From: a virus
Lineage: Duplodnaviria; Caudoviricetes
IMG/VR virus record: IMGVR_UViG_3300030325_000017
Span: 1-39,339 of that record
DNA length: 39,339 nt
Strand: one strand, 5' to 3'
How positions within the stretch are numbered: the stretch's first letter is position 1; each line of letters starts with the position of its first letter. The position numbers and the translations under genes are program-made. Under the pieces are notes generated by a model that worked only from the letters and a program-made list of their open reading frames with translations, was not told the origin of the DNA and did no database searches. Shown one piece after another: positions 17,060-26,763 of this stretch.

Positions 17060-19204
17060 TCACCAGCTGGCCGAATTGTCCTGCACGCCCTTTTGATCCT
17101 CGAGGGTAATGCTGACAGAACGGGAATTTTTATTAACTTCGGAGACGATCAGTTCTTGCTCCCTTTGCGTATTCTCCACGTAGGGGAATCCTGGCATGTG
17201 CTGTCGCGAAATCCTGTAGGTGGCCCCTATGTTCGATTTGTCTACGTAGGGAAGCTCGAAAGACAACGTCCAGAAACCCCTGCGCTCGCCCAGCAGAAAT
17301 GCAAATCTGTCGGCTAGCTCTTGCGCATCCAGTGACGAAGAGATCAGGGTATCCAGCGTAAAGGTTTTCTTGATCAGATGCAGGTTTGGACCTGTGGGTG
17401 TCGTGGCCGTTGCAGTATCCCGGTCGGAGAATTCATTGCTATGCCGAACGTCCCGCCTATTGTAGGTGAGAGACACGTCGCTATAAACGTTGGCATAGTC
17501 GTGCGCAAATTCGAGATCTCTGTGGTTGAGCTCGCCAGCCGAATAGTCTCCGCTCCCAGGAAATGGAGCCACCTGAGTGATGCCCAGCTTCAACGCGCTC
17601 GAGTCCTGGCATATGGCAATCTTATACATGTTCGAGGAAAGGAGTTGATTCAGCACCTCAAGGTAGGTCGGGGCGGTTAGGGCGTCCCTCGTTGAGGGAA
17701 TGACCAGGCCGATCGCATAGGAATCACTTTCAACGGCCTGAAACTGCGAGGTGGAAAGTTCGCTTAGAACCGGGAAAAGCGAATCGGAGAGCAGATGGAA
17801 TATGGCGTTAATGGAGCGCGCGGAAACACCCCCGTTGTCCACCACTGTTCCCACAGGATCGGCATTGCCATATGAATCGCCCCCCACTCGCCCGTAGACA
17901 GTGCAGGAAATTTTCCAGGACGAAGGATCGAAGGGAGTTTCCAGAAAGCCCGACTCCACGTTATCGATCATCGTGAAGCCACGTACGTTGTTCACATCGT
18001 CGACAAGAACCGTGTAGTCCCGGCCGCCCTTCAGGCTGTAGACGTTGCCGATGGTGTCCTGCAGATCTATCCGTCCAATGAAATACCTAGTGGCGGTGTC
18101 TCCCCCAGAAACAGATCCGCCGCCCGTGGAATCGTGGTCGACGTACTTCGATGCCCGGTTGATGTTAGAAATGAAAACGTACTTATTTACTCCCGAGCGT
18201 TGGATCACCATTGAGTCGCCGATGCGGACCTTTGGCGTGGTAGTGAAATATGTTCTGGTATTCGAGTTTGCTCCCAGGGTGTCGATCGTATAGGTAAGCG
18301 TGCCATCTGTGCCGCTTCCATCAGATCCCTGATCGCGCGCGTGCGTGATCCAGACCCTGTTATTGTTCGTGGCCGGCACAGGATCGAAGTCCACGTTAAT
18401 TGGTTTATAGCGCTCGAGAATCCCCCAAAGCCGGGGAAGGAAGGCATTTGCGCGGTCGGCGAGCACCGCGGGGTCAACAGCCGGGTAGGCCCCAGGAATA
18501 TTCCGCAGCGTCACTTCCTTGTCGAAGAAGGAAATGGAGTCAGTGCACTGGATCTGCAGCGTGGGCCATTTGGAGGTCATACCGGCCGTATAGCCAGTGA
18601 AAACCTGTTTTACCTCCGAGAAAACGACACCGTCGTAGAGGTCTTCGTTGGCCAAAATATAGGCCTTCACTCCGCAGCGGTAAAAGGATGCTGCGTAAAG
18701 AATCTCGTTCAGCCAGCCATCGTTATTTTTGATGGAAAGTGCGCTCGAGTTCAGCGGAAGAAAGCCATAGATAGAATCTCTGGCCCCGACCTGAGCTACT
18801 GGAATTTCTTCCAGAGCCGGGATCCAGCGCACATTTTGGGAGGCCGCGGAAAGGGGATCGCGCGGACCTATGAAGGCCTGATCGGAAACGTGTATTTCGA
18901 ATTCTACGGTTAGGCCTGCGTAGGTATTCGAATCCGGATCGCCAACGCTATAGGCGTAGATGAACTGCGTGGCGTGGTCGTAGTAGAAACTGTTGGCGAT
19001 CACGTCCGCAATGGCGGTGGTGGCATTCAGTGGTGTGGCCGCATCATCCCACAACCTCGTCACGTAGCCGTGCGGGAAGGCGACTTTCCAGATATTCCCG
19101 GAATGATTCGTCCAGCCCGTCCAACGGAGCCGCGGCTGCACGATCAGAAGCGCGTGCTTCTCTTTCATAGGATCGGCGATGCTCGAATCCCATCCCGTGG
19201 TCAT
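17060..19204 (-). CDS. Tail tip / baseplate hub (Tal-like) protein
   Basis: 714 aa, beta-rich, downstream of tape measure and Dit-like genes. Confidence 0.6.
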   Translation of the reverse strand: MTTGWDSSIADPMKEKHALLIVQPRLRWTGWTNHSGNIWKVAFPHGYVTRLWDDAATPLNATTAIADVIANSFYYDHATQFIYAYSVGDPDSNTYAGLTVEFEIHVSDQAFIGPRDPLSAASQNVRWIPALEEIPVAQVGARDSIYGFLPLNSSALSIKNNDGWLNEILYAASFYRCGVKAYILANEDLYDGVVFSEVKQVFTGYTAGMTSKWPTLQIQCTDSISFFDKEVTLRNIPGAYPAVDPAVLADRANAFLPRLWGILERYKPINVDFDPVPATNNNRVWITHARDQGSDGSGTDGTLTYTIDTLGANSNTRTYFTTTPKVRIGDSMVIQRSGVNKYVFISNINRASKYVDHDSTGGGSVSGGDTATRYFIGRIDLQDTIGNVYSLKGGRDYTVLVDDVNNVRGFTMIDNVESGFLETPFDPSSWKISCTVYGRVGGDSYGNADPVGTVVDNGGVSARSINAIFHLLSDSLFPVLSELSTSQFQAVESDSYAIGLVIPSTRDALTAPTYLEVLNQLLSSNMYKIAICQDSSALKLGITQVAPFPGSGDYSAGELNHRDLEFAHDYANVYSDVSLTYNRRDVRHSNEFSDRDTATATTPTGPNLHLIKKTFTLDTLISSSLDAQELADRFAFLLGERRGFWTLSFELPYVDKSNIGATYRISRQHMPGFPYVENTQREQELIVSEVNKNSRSVSITLEDQKGVQDNSASW

Positions 19205-19683
19205 AGATCAGCCGTCTCCAGAAGAGCGTCGTATGGAAACTTGGCTCCGAATTCTAGGGTATTAGTTATGTCCTGTGGGTACTGCATATCCGGCCAGGCC
19301 TGCCGCCAGGCGATATGAGAAGATGCGTCCCCGGTATAGGCTGTGGGCTTCAGCGCCAGGTGGTAGAAGGTGCTCTTTTTCAGCGCGATATTCTGGAAAG
19401 TAAAGGCCTGCAAGCGGTAGGCAAAGTTTGCAGTATTGCATTCAGCCTGAGTATAGGCATCAGATTCGGCCAGCTTCCGCGAAGGTGTTCCATTCCTATC
19501 GGCCCAAAGCTCCATTCGGATCACACCGAATGCGGGGTTGTTGTAGTAGAAAATGCCCGCCACCACAGTGCGAAGAATCTGGTTGTGGTAGCCCGTCTGG
19601 ATTCGGAATTTCTGATAGAGCGGTGGTATGGACGCGGCGGCCTCAGCTGTAGAGATCGGCTTCGCTATATGCCAAGAAGCCAT
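19201..19683 (-). CDS. Minor tail protein
   Basis: Synteny; beta-sandwich-like composition. Confidence 0.5.
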   Translation of the reverse strand: MASWHIAKPISTAEAAASIPPLYQKFRIQTGYHNQILRTVVAGIFYYNNPAFGVIRMELWADRNGTPSRKLAESDAYTQAECNTANFAYRLQAFTFQNIALKKSTFYHLALKPTAYTGDASSHIAWRQAWPDMQYPQDITNTLEFGAKFPYDALLETADL

Positions 19684-20823
19684 TTAAAGCTCCTCTCTAA
19701 TTACCCATTGCGAGGACCAGTTCCCCGGAGAGACGAGCCGAGATTCCGGCTCCTCCTGGAACTTCACCAGCACTGTGCGCCTGATTCCGTCAGTCGTGAA
19801 ATGCGAGTCCGGGTCCAAGGCGATGAAGAATGAAATCGCCTTGGACTTCTCCTCCCAAGCCTGCTCCAGGGCTTCCATGTCGTCGTTAGTGAGCTTTTCC
19901 CATTGAATCGTATGGATGCGGGTCTTGGGCTTTTTCCCTACCCAGGCTTGCCCTGTTTCTGAGAAATCTACTATGGAATTGTCCACGGGCTTGGATGCAT
20001 AGGGAAAGGCAGGGGCCCCGCGATCAAGGGCAATGTGCGTGGCGACGACGATGGCGCCTAGCTCTACGTATAGATCAGGATTGTCATTATCAATGATCTG
20101 CAGCTTCCAATAGCGGTAGCCGCCAGCCAGAGCCGCAATGCCAGCCGGGTTCAGGTAGCCAAGCAGGAAATCGCGCACTGTCACCGTGAAGCTCTCCGCG
20201 GGCGCGGACCAGGAATTAGAAGGGTTCGCCATGATGGTCACGGTGGCTGTCGGAGAAATGTTCAGGGGGATATTTCTATCGCTGACGGCGATGATCCCGG
20301 TGGGATTCACGGGAGCCCCGAAATCGAATATGAAAAACTCCTCCGTATGGATCCGCAGCTCGTCAGCCGTATATGCTGTGCTCCCCGTATCGTTCGCCGA
20401 GGTGTCGAAGCCCAGGATGGTTCCGAAAGCGGCGGCCGTGAGCCAGCGCAGCTGGAAGACCGAAGCTGTGCCGGCCGCGCTTTGGGTCAGGATGATCTTT
20501 CCCGTGGAAGGGTTCCTGGTGGCCGTATAGGTCGATGTGTGCGTGGAAGCCGCATTCATGGCTGCGGCTACGGCGGCGAGGAAAAGGGCGTCCGTAGCAT
20601 AAGCACCGGCTGCGATGGTGGCCGTCAGATCCGCGCCGGCATTCACTTCGCGGAAAACGATAGTGTTCGATCCCGAGGCCACGAGCCAGTAGCCGGCCGA
20701 GCGCCAGGTCATCCTGCGGCGTTCAAGGTCGTAGATATTCGTGGCAGGGAAGGAGGCATTCTCCGATGAGACAGTCTTGCTCACCGCTTCCTCGATCAGG
20801 TTCTGATTGAAGACCTGCATCAT
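19684..20823 (-). CDS. Distal tail (Dit-like) protein with inserted domain
   Basis: Directly after tape measure; C-terminal IREEL; insert similar to the tail tube insert. Confidence 0.6.
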   Translation of the reverse strand: MMQVFNQNLIEEAVSKTVSSENASFPATNIYDLERRRMTWRSAGYWLVASGSNTIVFREVNAGADLTATIAAGAYATDALFLAAVAAAMNAASTHTSTYTATRNPSTGKIILTQSAAGTASVFQLRWLTAAAFGTILGFDTSANDTGSTAYTADELRIHTEEFFIFDFGAPVNPTGIIAVSDRNIPLNISPTATVTIMANPSNSWSAPAESFTVTVRDFLLGYLNPAGIAALAGGYRYWKLQIIDNDNPDLYVELGAIVVATHIALDRGAPAFPYASKPVDNSIVDFSETGQAWVGKKPKTRIHTIQWEKLTNDDMEALEQAWEEKSKAISFFIALDPDSHFTTDGIRRTVLVKFQEEPESRLVSPGNWSSQWVIREEL

Positions 20824-23144
20824 ACCTGATACCCAGCCTTCCGCGCGTCGAACATGATGCGGGCGAACTGCTGAAGGCCGATGGTCAGGTTGATCTCGAT
20901 GGGGCCTGCCGTTTTTCTGTTTTCGTTTGCATCCAAATACTTTTCTAGCCGCCTTGTCAGGTCGGCATTGAAGATTTGCTCGTCAGCCCCAACCCGCGCG
21001 ATAGCACCATCATTCTTAAATTTAGTTTCGTTCGGTATGCGCCCGCCTCCGGCGAATCCAAATAAATCGCCTACACCTTGAAGGATCGGCACTCCCGCAA
21101 ATATGGATTGCGAGTCGCCTCCGCCCGTTACTCCTCCAAGAATGTTGCCGCCAACATCTTTGATTCCTTCAATGAGAGCATTTATGAAGTCCTTGGCTCC
21201 CTCTATTAGTCCATTGACGAAGCCTTTAATGATTTCTGGAATGCCGCGCACAATGGCTTGAATGATCTTCGGAACATCCTTTACGATCGCGATCACGATA
21301 GAGGGAACGGCGGCGATAATTGCTTTGATAATTCCTGGAAGCGATTTTATCGAAGCGTCGATTAGACGGGGTATCATCGAGATCAATTTGTCGATGATTT
21401 TCGGAGTGTCCTCTACGATCTGCTGAATGAGTACGGGGATTGATTCGGCAATCGCCCCAATAATATCTGGTATGGCCGCGCTGAACGCTTTTACTTGCTC
21501 CTTCACTTTCTCAGGGCCCTGAGCAAGGAATCCGACGATTTCTCCGACGAACTTTCCGATGATGGGCCCGAAGAATGCTGTGGCCACTCCGCCGGCAACG
21601 CCAGAAACAGCGTCTGCCGCGCCATCAGCGCCTTTCTTTATGGCACCGACTATCCCGGTAGCGATGCTTATCCCTAGACTTTTTCCACTGAATGCTTCAG
21701 TAAGACCTTCTTTCGCCTTTTCTCCAAGGGCTAGGGCCTGTTGCTTGAAAGCCTCTGGAATTTCTTTGTTGTTCGCTATCTCGGAAATTGTTTTGTCGAT
21801 CTTCGTCTTTGCCCTATCAAGTTCCTCTTGGCCACTGATTGCCAATTTAATAATCCCAGAGAGCGGCGCGTTGGCTATTTCATTCAGCTTTCCCTGAACC
21901 TCGTTGTCCAGATTTGCTCGGAGATCAGCTATTTTTCGCGTGAATTCTGCAAGCTGTTCCGGTCCGAATTTTTCCCTAAAACGATCGGCAAATCCTGTGG
22001 TGGATGCGCCCACCTTATCTACTTCGTCAGCCAGATTTTTCGTCTGTTTTGCTGCCTTCTCAACGCCAACGGCAATCTTCTCGGCCTGCTTTGCGAGGTC
22101 ATCGAAAAACTTTGAGCGGCTATCTGATCCTGTTCCGCGTATGTTTGCCAGATCAGTCTTAAACTGATCGAGGGCCTCGCTGGATCCCGTAACGGCTTGC
22201 AATAAAGCAGACGGAAGCCGGGTGAAGAAGAGGAGGGCCTCTTCCCCAATTCGCACCATCGTATCGAATCCGCTATCCAGCGCGGACACTGCCCTCACCA
22301 TTATGGGAACGGCCTTCACGAATGCCACGAATCCATCCGTCACTAATTGGCGCAGGTTCGTGCCGTTCGCCTCAAACTGATTGTTGAGTTCTATCAGCCC
22401 GTCGCGAATTACTTTTAGACCGGATTTGATGGCTGCGTTTTCAGTAAAGAGTTTTCCAAGCGTTTCCAACAGCTCGCTGGCGGCGTTTTTAGTGCTGATC
22501 AGCACACCACCAAAGGTATCACCTAGAGCGGCGGCAGTACCTTTTACCCTCGCACCAATTCTCTCCAGCGCATCGCCGTTTAGAAGCGCCTCTAGGGTAA
22601 GGTTCTTCAATCCGGGGATCATTTTAGCAAGATCCTTAGAAACGAATCCGTTGAAAGTTTGGGCGACCTTGAGCATGGCGCCATTTAGGTCGCCATCGGT
22701 AGCTGCTGCCAAATCCTGGGCTACCTTTATCGCCCGGGTAGCCTCCGCATTGGTAAGCTGAAATTGCTTGGCCAGGCCAATAGCCGAAAGGGTGGAATCG
22801 TCCGTGAATGTGGTGGATTTCTGGAGGTTCTTTGCCAGAGCCTCGAACTTCCCCTGGGCGCCTCCAGCGGCATCTCCCGTCAATCTAAGCGCATTGGCCA
22901 GGCGAAACTGCGCTCGCTCCGCACCTAGTGCTTCTTCGATTGCATCATGAAAAGTCTCTTTGATGGTATCGACTACCGGCCCGATGACGCTTTTGACGAT
23001 TTGAAAACCGTCGGCTATCGCCGATATAGAGGCCTTCATGTTTATAGAATCGAGCTGTTTTTGAGTTTGCTGGGCGAAGTTATTTATTGCAGCTCTTGCG
23101 GCTTTAACTTCTGATGCGACCTCGAATGAGTAGACCTCATTCAT
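20820..23144 (-). CDS. Tape measure protein
   Basis: 774 aa, A/G/K-rich helical, 11-residue repeats (IPDIIGAIAES, IPVLIQQIVED, TPKIIDKLISM...), FAGGG near C-terminus; follows chaperone genes. Confidence 0.9.
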   Translation of the reverse strand: MNEVYSFEVASEVKAARAAINNFAQQTQKQLDSINMKASISAIADGFQIVKSVIGPVVDTIKETFHDAIEEALGAERAQFRLANALRLTGDAAGGAQGKFEALAKNLQKSTTFTDDSTLSAIGLAKQFQLTNAEATRAIKVAQDLAAATDGDLNGAMLKVAQTFNGFVSKDLAKMIPGLKNLTLEALLNGDALERIGARVKGTAAALGDTFGGVLISTKNAASELLETLGKLFTENAAIKSGLKVIRDGLIELNNQFEANGTNLRQLVTDGFVAFVKAVPIMVRAVSALDSGFDTMVRIGEEALLFFTRLPSALLQAVTGSSEALDQFKTDLANIRGTGSDSRSKFFDDLAKQAEKIAVGVEKAAKQTKNLADEVDKVGASTTGFADRFREKFGPEQLAEFTRKIADLRANLDNEVQGKLNEIANAPLSGIIKLAISGQEELDRAKTKIDKTISEIANNKEIPEAFKQQALALGEKAKEGLTEAFSGKSLGISIATGIVGAIKKGADGAADAVSGVAGGVATAFFGPIIGKFVGEIVGFLAQGPEKVKEQVKAFSAAIPDIIGAIAESIPVLIQQIVEDTPKIIDKLISMIPRLIDASIKSLPGIIKAIIAAVPSIVIAIVKDVPKIIQAIVRGIPEIIKGFVNGLIEGAKDFINALIEGIKDVGGNILGGVTGGGDSQSIFAGVPILQGVGDLFGFAGGGRIPNETKFKNDGAIARVGADEQIFNADLTRRLEKYLDANENRKTAGPIEINLTIGLQQFARIMFDARKAGYQV

Positions 23145-23353
23145 TTCAGCCTCTCCATATTCGACCAGGTAGCTTCACAAAACTCTAGAAGCTCGGCCTC
23201 GTCATCCAAAAGATCTTTGGCATTGATCACGATGCCAAGATCCTTCTGCGTTCTTCTCTTCGACCACAGAATCACCGCAGGGTGCCTCAAGGGCGCTTTT
23301 CCTTTCGAGGCCGCGAGCCCCGCCAATTCTATCCTTATCGCGGCCCTTACCCG
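23141..23353 (-). CDS. Tail assembly chaperone extension (gpT-like) reached by -1 frameshift
   Basis: -1 frame open from the slippery site to TGA at 23141, which overlaps the tape measure ATG. Confidence 0.75.
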   Translation of the reverse strand, partial: RVRAAIRIELAGLAASKGKAPLRHPAVILWSKRRTQKDLGIVINAKDLLDDEAELLEFCEATWSNMERLK

Positions 23354-23760
23354 TTTCCCGGCCCGAATCCATTAATGTACTTTTCAGCAAATTGAAACGG
23401 CATGGCAAATAGGTCTTGCTCGTGAAGCACGTCATCAAGATCAAGCTCGGCGCCGTCAGAAATGCGTTTCACCTTAGCTTCAATAATCAGATTCTTTGTC
23501 TGCTTCCAAACCGACATGAGGAGTTTGGCGTTCGCCGTCTTGGATTGCGCGGCGACATCATCGCCACCCATATCCATGATCCCTAGCTCAACCAAAATAT
23601 CGCATCTGGCCTCACTCAACGGAACCTGAACTACCAGGTGACCCTCGTATCTCGTCTCCTTCACCTTTACCTTTTTCCCCTCAACTTCCTTTTCCACCTC
23701 TTTCTCGAAGCAGTCGGGAGTCCATTCGATGGTTCTTTTCTTTTCCATTTGCTCCTCCAT
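23347..23760 (-). CDS. Tail assembly chaperone (gpG-like)
   Basis: Between tail tube and tape measure; ends in slippery site. Confidence 0.8.
   Translation of the reverse strand: MEEQMEKKRTIEWTPDCFEKEVEKEVEGKKVKVKETRYEGHLVVQVPLSEARCDILVELGIMDMGGDDVAAQSKTANAKLLMSVWKQTKNLIIEAKVKRISDGAELDLDDVLHEQDLFAMPFQFAEKYINGFGPGNG
23353..23359 (-). other. -1 programmed ribosomal frameshift heptamer G GGA AAC
   Basis: X XXY YYZ in the correct frame (CCG GGA AAC GGG TAA) at the end of the chaperone gene. Confidence 0.8.
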
Positions 23761-23798
23761 AGAAGCAGTTCATGGGCCCGTTCGGGCCGGTGGTTCTA

Positions 23799-25325
23799 TT
23801 AAACAAATCCTAGATACATTTCGGGCTGTCCCGAGGAGTTCACATAAGGCTTAATGGTGTACCGCATGGTCACGATTCCATTGTCGTCGCCCAGCTGGAA
23901 CGCAGAGATCTTGGCGGTGGGGACGTAGAGGCCTCCCGATTTTCCGGCCTGCCAGTTTCCGCCGGACTTTGTCCCAAATGAGAATTGGAATTTTACATCC
24001 GTATTGTTGATGAACTGATCGAACTTTCCGGCGTCGTATCTGCTCATGGTGGCGACCACGGTGATTTCTTCTGACCGCTCATTAAGGATAGATCCGCCAA
24101 CACCAGATTCGGCGTTGATGCATCTGAGGAGTTGCTTCGTATTCGAAACCTGCGCGCGGAAGCTCTGGACGCATATGGAATCATAGGCGGAGGCCGAGGT
24201 TCCGATCAAAACCTCCATATTCTTGGCCACCAGGGGGTCGGCCGAATCGTATGAAGGCGATAAAGCCGAGGTGAGGGAAATGGCACTAGCGCCGGTATAA
24301 CCTGTTCCAGCGGCGGTTCCTGAATTGTCTGCGGCGTCAGAAAATCCAATCAGCGTTCCGATGTGGGTGTCGGTAAAATCCGAACCATTGGTGCCGGTTT
24401 TCCACAATAGCGAGAGCACCGTTCCCGTCGAGGTGATGGTGAACTTCCCAGTGGAATTGGAATATGAAACGGAGTGGGTTTCGCCGGAGTTAGCCGTATC
24501 CATTGCCGCCGCGATGGCGCGCGCAAGCTCATGCGGATTTTTATAGACCTTGCTCGGAATCGTGGCGGTGAACGTGCCGTCATCGTCCGTGAAGTTCAGT
24601 TTATTGTTCGTCGAGTCAACCCGTAGGGGATTGAAATAGTAGCTGGTGCCCTCAAGGGAGAACCCGAGATTGATGATCTGGCCGACGTTCATCTCTAGGT
24701 TCATCTCAATGGCGCGCGCACCCGCGATTGCCTCTAGGGCGCCACCATTTCCGCGAAGCATCCAAAGGGAAAGCGTCGGATGACCGGAATCCTGTGGGGT
24801 GTAGTAGACTGCCTTGCCGGCGCCGACACCAGATGCTGGCGCACCGGGGAGAGCAAAGTTCGGAGTGACATCGTTTGTCGAGAAACCATCCGAGAATCTA
24901 ATTGAATAGCCGTTAGTTCCATCCTTGACGAGAATCGGAGTGCCGCGCGGAAACTCAGAGCCATTGGATGCCATTTTAAGCAGCGTAGTAGTGCTGGAAC
25001 TGGTAGTTGAGCGCTGCGTGGAGTTAGTGGTGACAAGGCCGAAGAGCGCCTCTAGGAGGGGGCCCCAGTTCGGCGCCTGACCTTCCACGCCTGAATGCCT
25101 CAGATACTCACTAAAAGAGGCTTTTGGCTGTTCGATCCCTTGAATGGGAGCGGCCTTACCAATGCTCGAGCGGATCTCGGCATTCTCGATCGACTCTACG
25201 TTGGGAACGAACTCAAATCCCGGCTGAAGCGGGATGAATTGCGATCCCGAAGAAAGATCGATGAGTGTTCCCTCGGTGGATTCTTTCCTAATTGCAAGAC
25301 GTGATGCGCGTGTATTTTCTGCCAT
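23799..25325 (-). CDS. Major tail tube protein with inserted domains
   Basis: 508 aa; N-terminal LAIRKESTEG, position before chaperones; central insert. Confidence 0.78.
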   Translation of the reverse strand: MAENTRASRLAIRKESTEGTLIDLSSGSQFIPLQPGFEFVPNVESIENAEIRSSIGKAAPIQGIEQPKASFSEYLRHSGVEGQAPNWGPLLEALFGLVTTNSTQRSTTSSSTTTLLKMASNGSEFPRGTPILVKDGTNGYSIRFSDGFSTNDVTPNFALPGAPASGVGAGKAVYYTPQDSGHPTLSLWMLRGNGGALEAIAGARAIEMNLEMNVGQIINLGFSLEGTSYYFNPLRVDSTNNKLNFTDDDGTFTATIPSKVYKNPHELARAIAAAMDTANSGETHSVSYSNSTGKFTITSTGTVLSLLWKTGTNGSDFTDTHIGTLIGFSDAADNSGTAAGTGYTGASAISLTSALSPSYDSADPLVAKNMEVLIGTSASAYDSICVQSFRAQVSNTKQLLRCINAESGVGGSILNERSEEITVVATMSRYDAGKFDQFINNTDVKFQFSFGTKSGGNWQAGKSGGLYVPTAKISAFQLGDDNGIVTMRYTIKPYVNSSGQPEMYLGFV

Positions 25326-25784
25326 TTATCCTCCGCTAACGCTCTGTGAGTATTCGACGACGAACTTGGCCTCGATATAGAAGTATGGCTTCTCTTCAGA
25401 GAAGACTTCCTGGTAGCCACCGTCCGAGTCGTATCGAAAATCGAAGCCACTCCCGCCGAGCGTCATGTCGGTAAAGGTGGTGGAAATCAAGGCATGGAGA
25501 TCTTCGAGCAGCCCAAGCATCGCTGTTTCCCGAGTGGCCGGATCGCTGGCGACAGCCAGGGCCTCCCGCGTGAGCACTACCGAGAACGTACGGGCAAGGA
25601 AGTATGGCTGCGATATCTGCCTCTTGGTGTTCAGTCCCTCATCTACTCGAATTCCCCAGCCCTGCTTTAAAAGCGGCTCGGGGTTGTCTTCGAGGTGGTA
25701 GGGATTCTGCAGGCGCTTGTGACTTGGCAAAGCGGTGCCGACCAGAGAGATGAGTGCGGCGGCTACCGTAGTGATTTGGCTCAT
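25326..25784 (-). CDS. Tail terminator / completion protein
   Basis: Size and position before tail tube; C-terminal FVVEY. Confidence 0.55.
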   Translation of the reverse strand: MSQITTVAAALISLVGTALPSHKRLQNPYHLEDNPEPLLKQGWGIRVDEGLNTKRQISQPYFLARTFSVVLTREALAVASDPATRETAMLGLLEDLHALISTTFTDMTLGGSGFDFRYDSDGGYQEVFSEEKPYFYIEAKFVVEYSQSVSGG

Positions 25785-26617
25785 CGCCGCACCGCCATGG
25801 AAGTGCCAACTTTCTCCTCAAGAGCAAGCCGGCCATCACCGTCTTTGTCCACGTTGAAAACCAGCTTGTTCATGGCCTCCCTATACTTCTTCACGGCCCA
25901 ATCCCTTCGATCCTCTTGGCCGGATCCAAAACTAGAATAGATGATCGAGGCGGCCTTATGGGTAGCGGCGTCTCGGAACTGGTCGGGATCAAGAATCTGA
26001 TTGGGAGAGAAGATTTCCTGGCGCGCGCGAAGATCACGGATAATCTCCTCGGCCGCGGCCACATGCACGGCATCGAACGTAGGCGTGGATGTCCCGAAGA
26101 ATGCATCTCGCACGGAGGATCGGTTGAGGTCGGCATAGTAGATGCCGAAATCGGAATCTTGGCTGAACTTATGGCCCACGTATTTCAGCGTGAAGACAGC
26201 CGCGCCGCTAAAGGTAAGCTTGGCCCAGAAGCAATTATAGATCTTGAGAGATGTCAGATCCGTCACCTGCTCGGTGGAAACCGCACGAGCCCATCCCTTG
26301 CTTTTTTCCGGTGCGAACATGATGAGGCCGCTTTGCGCGAAAACCTTGGCTGCAGGACCGGTGAAATCCAGCACATCCACCGCATCTTCCCAGGCAGCTC
26401 CACTCCAAATCTTCACCGCCGGAACGGCATCCACCGTGTTCGCGGCGCTCACCATAAAGAAGCGATGGTTAAAGGGAAAATCCGACCCTACGTAAATCGC
26501 ATCCTCTGCCGCAACAAGGGAAAAGGATTTCCCCGAACCTTGCGCGTCCGACAGGTTACGCGTTAGGTCCGTGAGAACCGCGTTGTCTTTGTAGATGACG
26601 CGGTTGTTTAGGATCAC
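25781..26617 (-). CDS. Head-tail adaptor-like protein with N-terminal beta domain
   Basis: Position after capsid genes; helical C-terminal domain ending in DKDGDG. Confidence 0.55.
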   Translation of the reverse strand: MILNNRVIYKDNAVLTDLTRNLSDAQGSGKSFSLVAAEDAIYVGSDFPFNHRFFMVSAANTVDAVPAVKIWSGAAWEDAVDVLDFTGPAAKVFAQSGLIMFAPEKSKGWARAVSTEQVTDLTSLKIYNCFWAKLTFSGAAVFTLKYVGHKFSQDSDFGIYYADLNRSSVRDAFFGTSTPTFDAVHVAAAEEIIRDLRARQEIFSPNQILDPDQFRDAATHKAASIIYSSFGSGQEDRRDWAVKKYREAMNKLVFNVDKDGDGRLALEEKVGTSMAVRR

Positions 26618-26721
26618 GGCGCCAACATGGTAAGGCTGGCAACCGAAGTGGACGGCCCCACGATCACTCCGAGGTTCGCGATCGTGGCCACTGCGGTGCT
26701 GGGGAGAATTTGTCCGTACAT
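26614..26721 (-). CDS. 35-aa uncharged peptide (not in ORF track)
   Basis: AAGGAGG RBS, MYGQILPSTAVATIANLGVIVGPSTSVASLTMLAP, GTGA overlap with next gene. Confidence 0.65.
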   Translation of the reverse strand: MYGQILPSTAVATIANLGVIVGPSTSVASLTMLAP

Positions 26722-26763
26722 CGTGCCTCCTTCATTCGCGCTTTAGGGCCAGTCCTACGAGAC

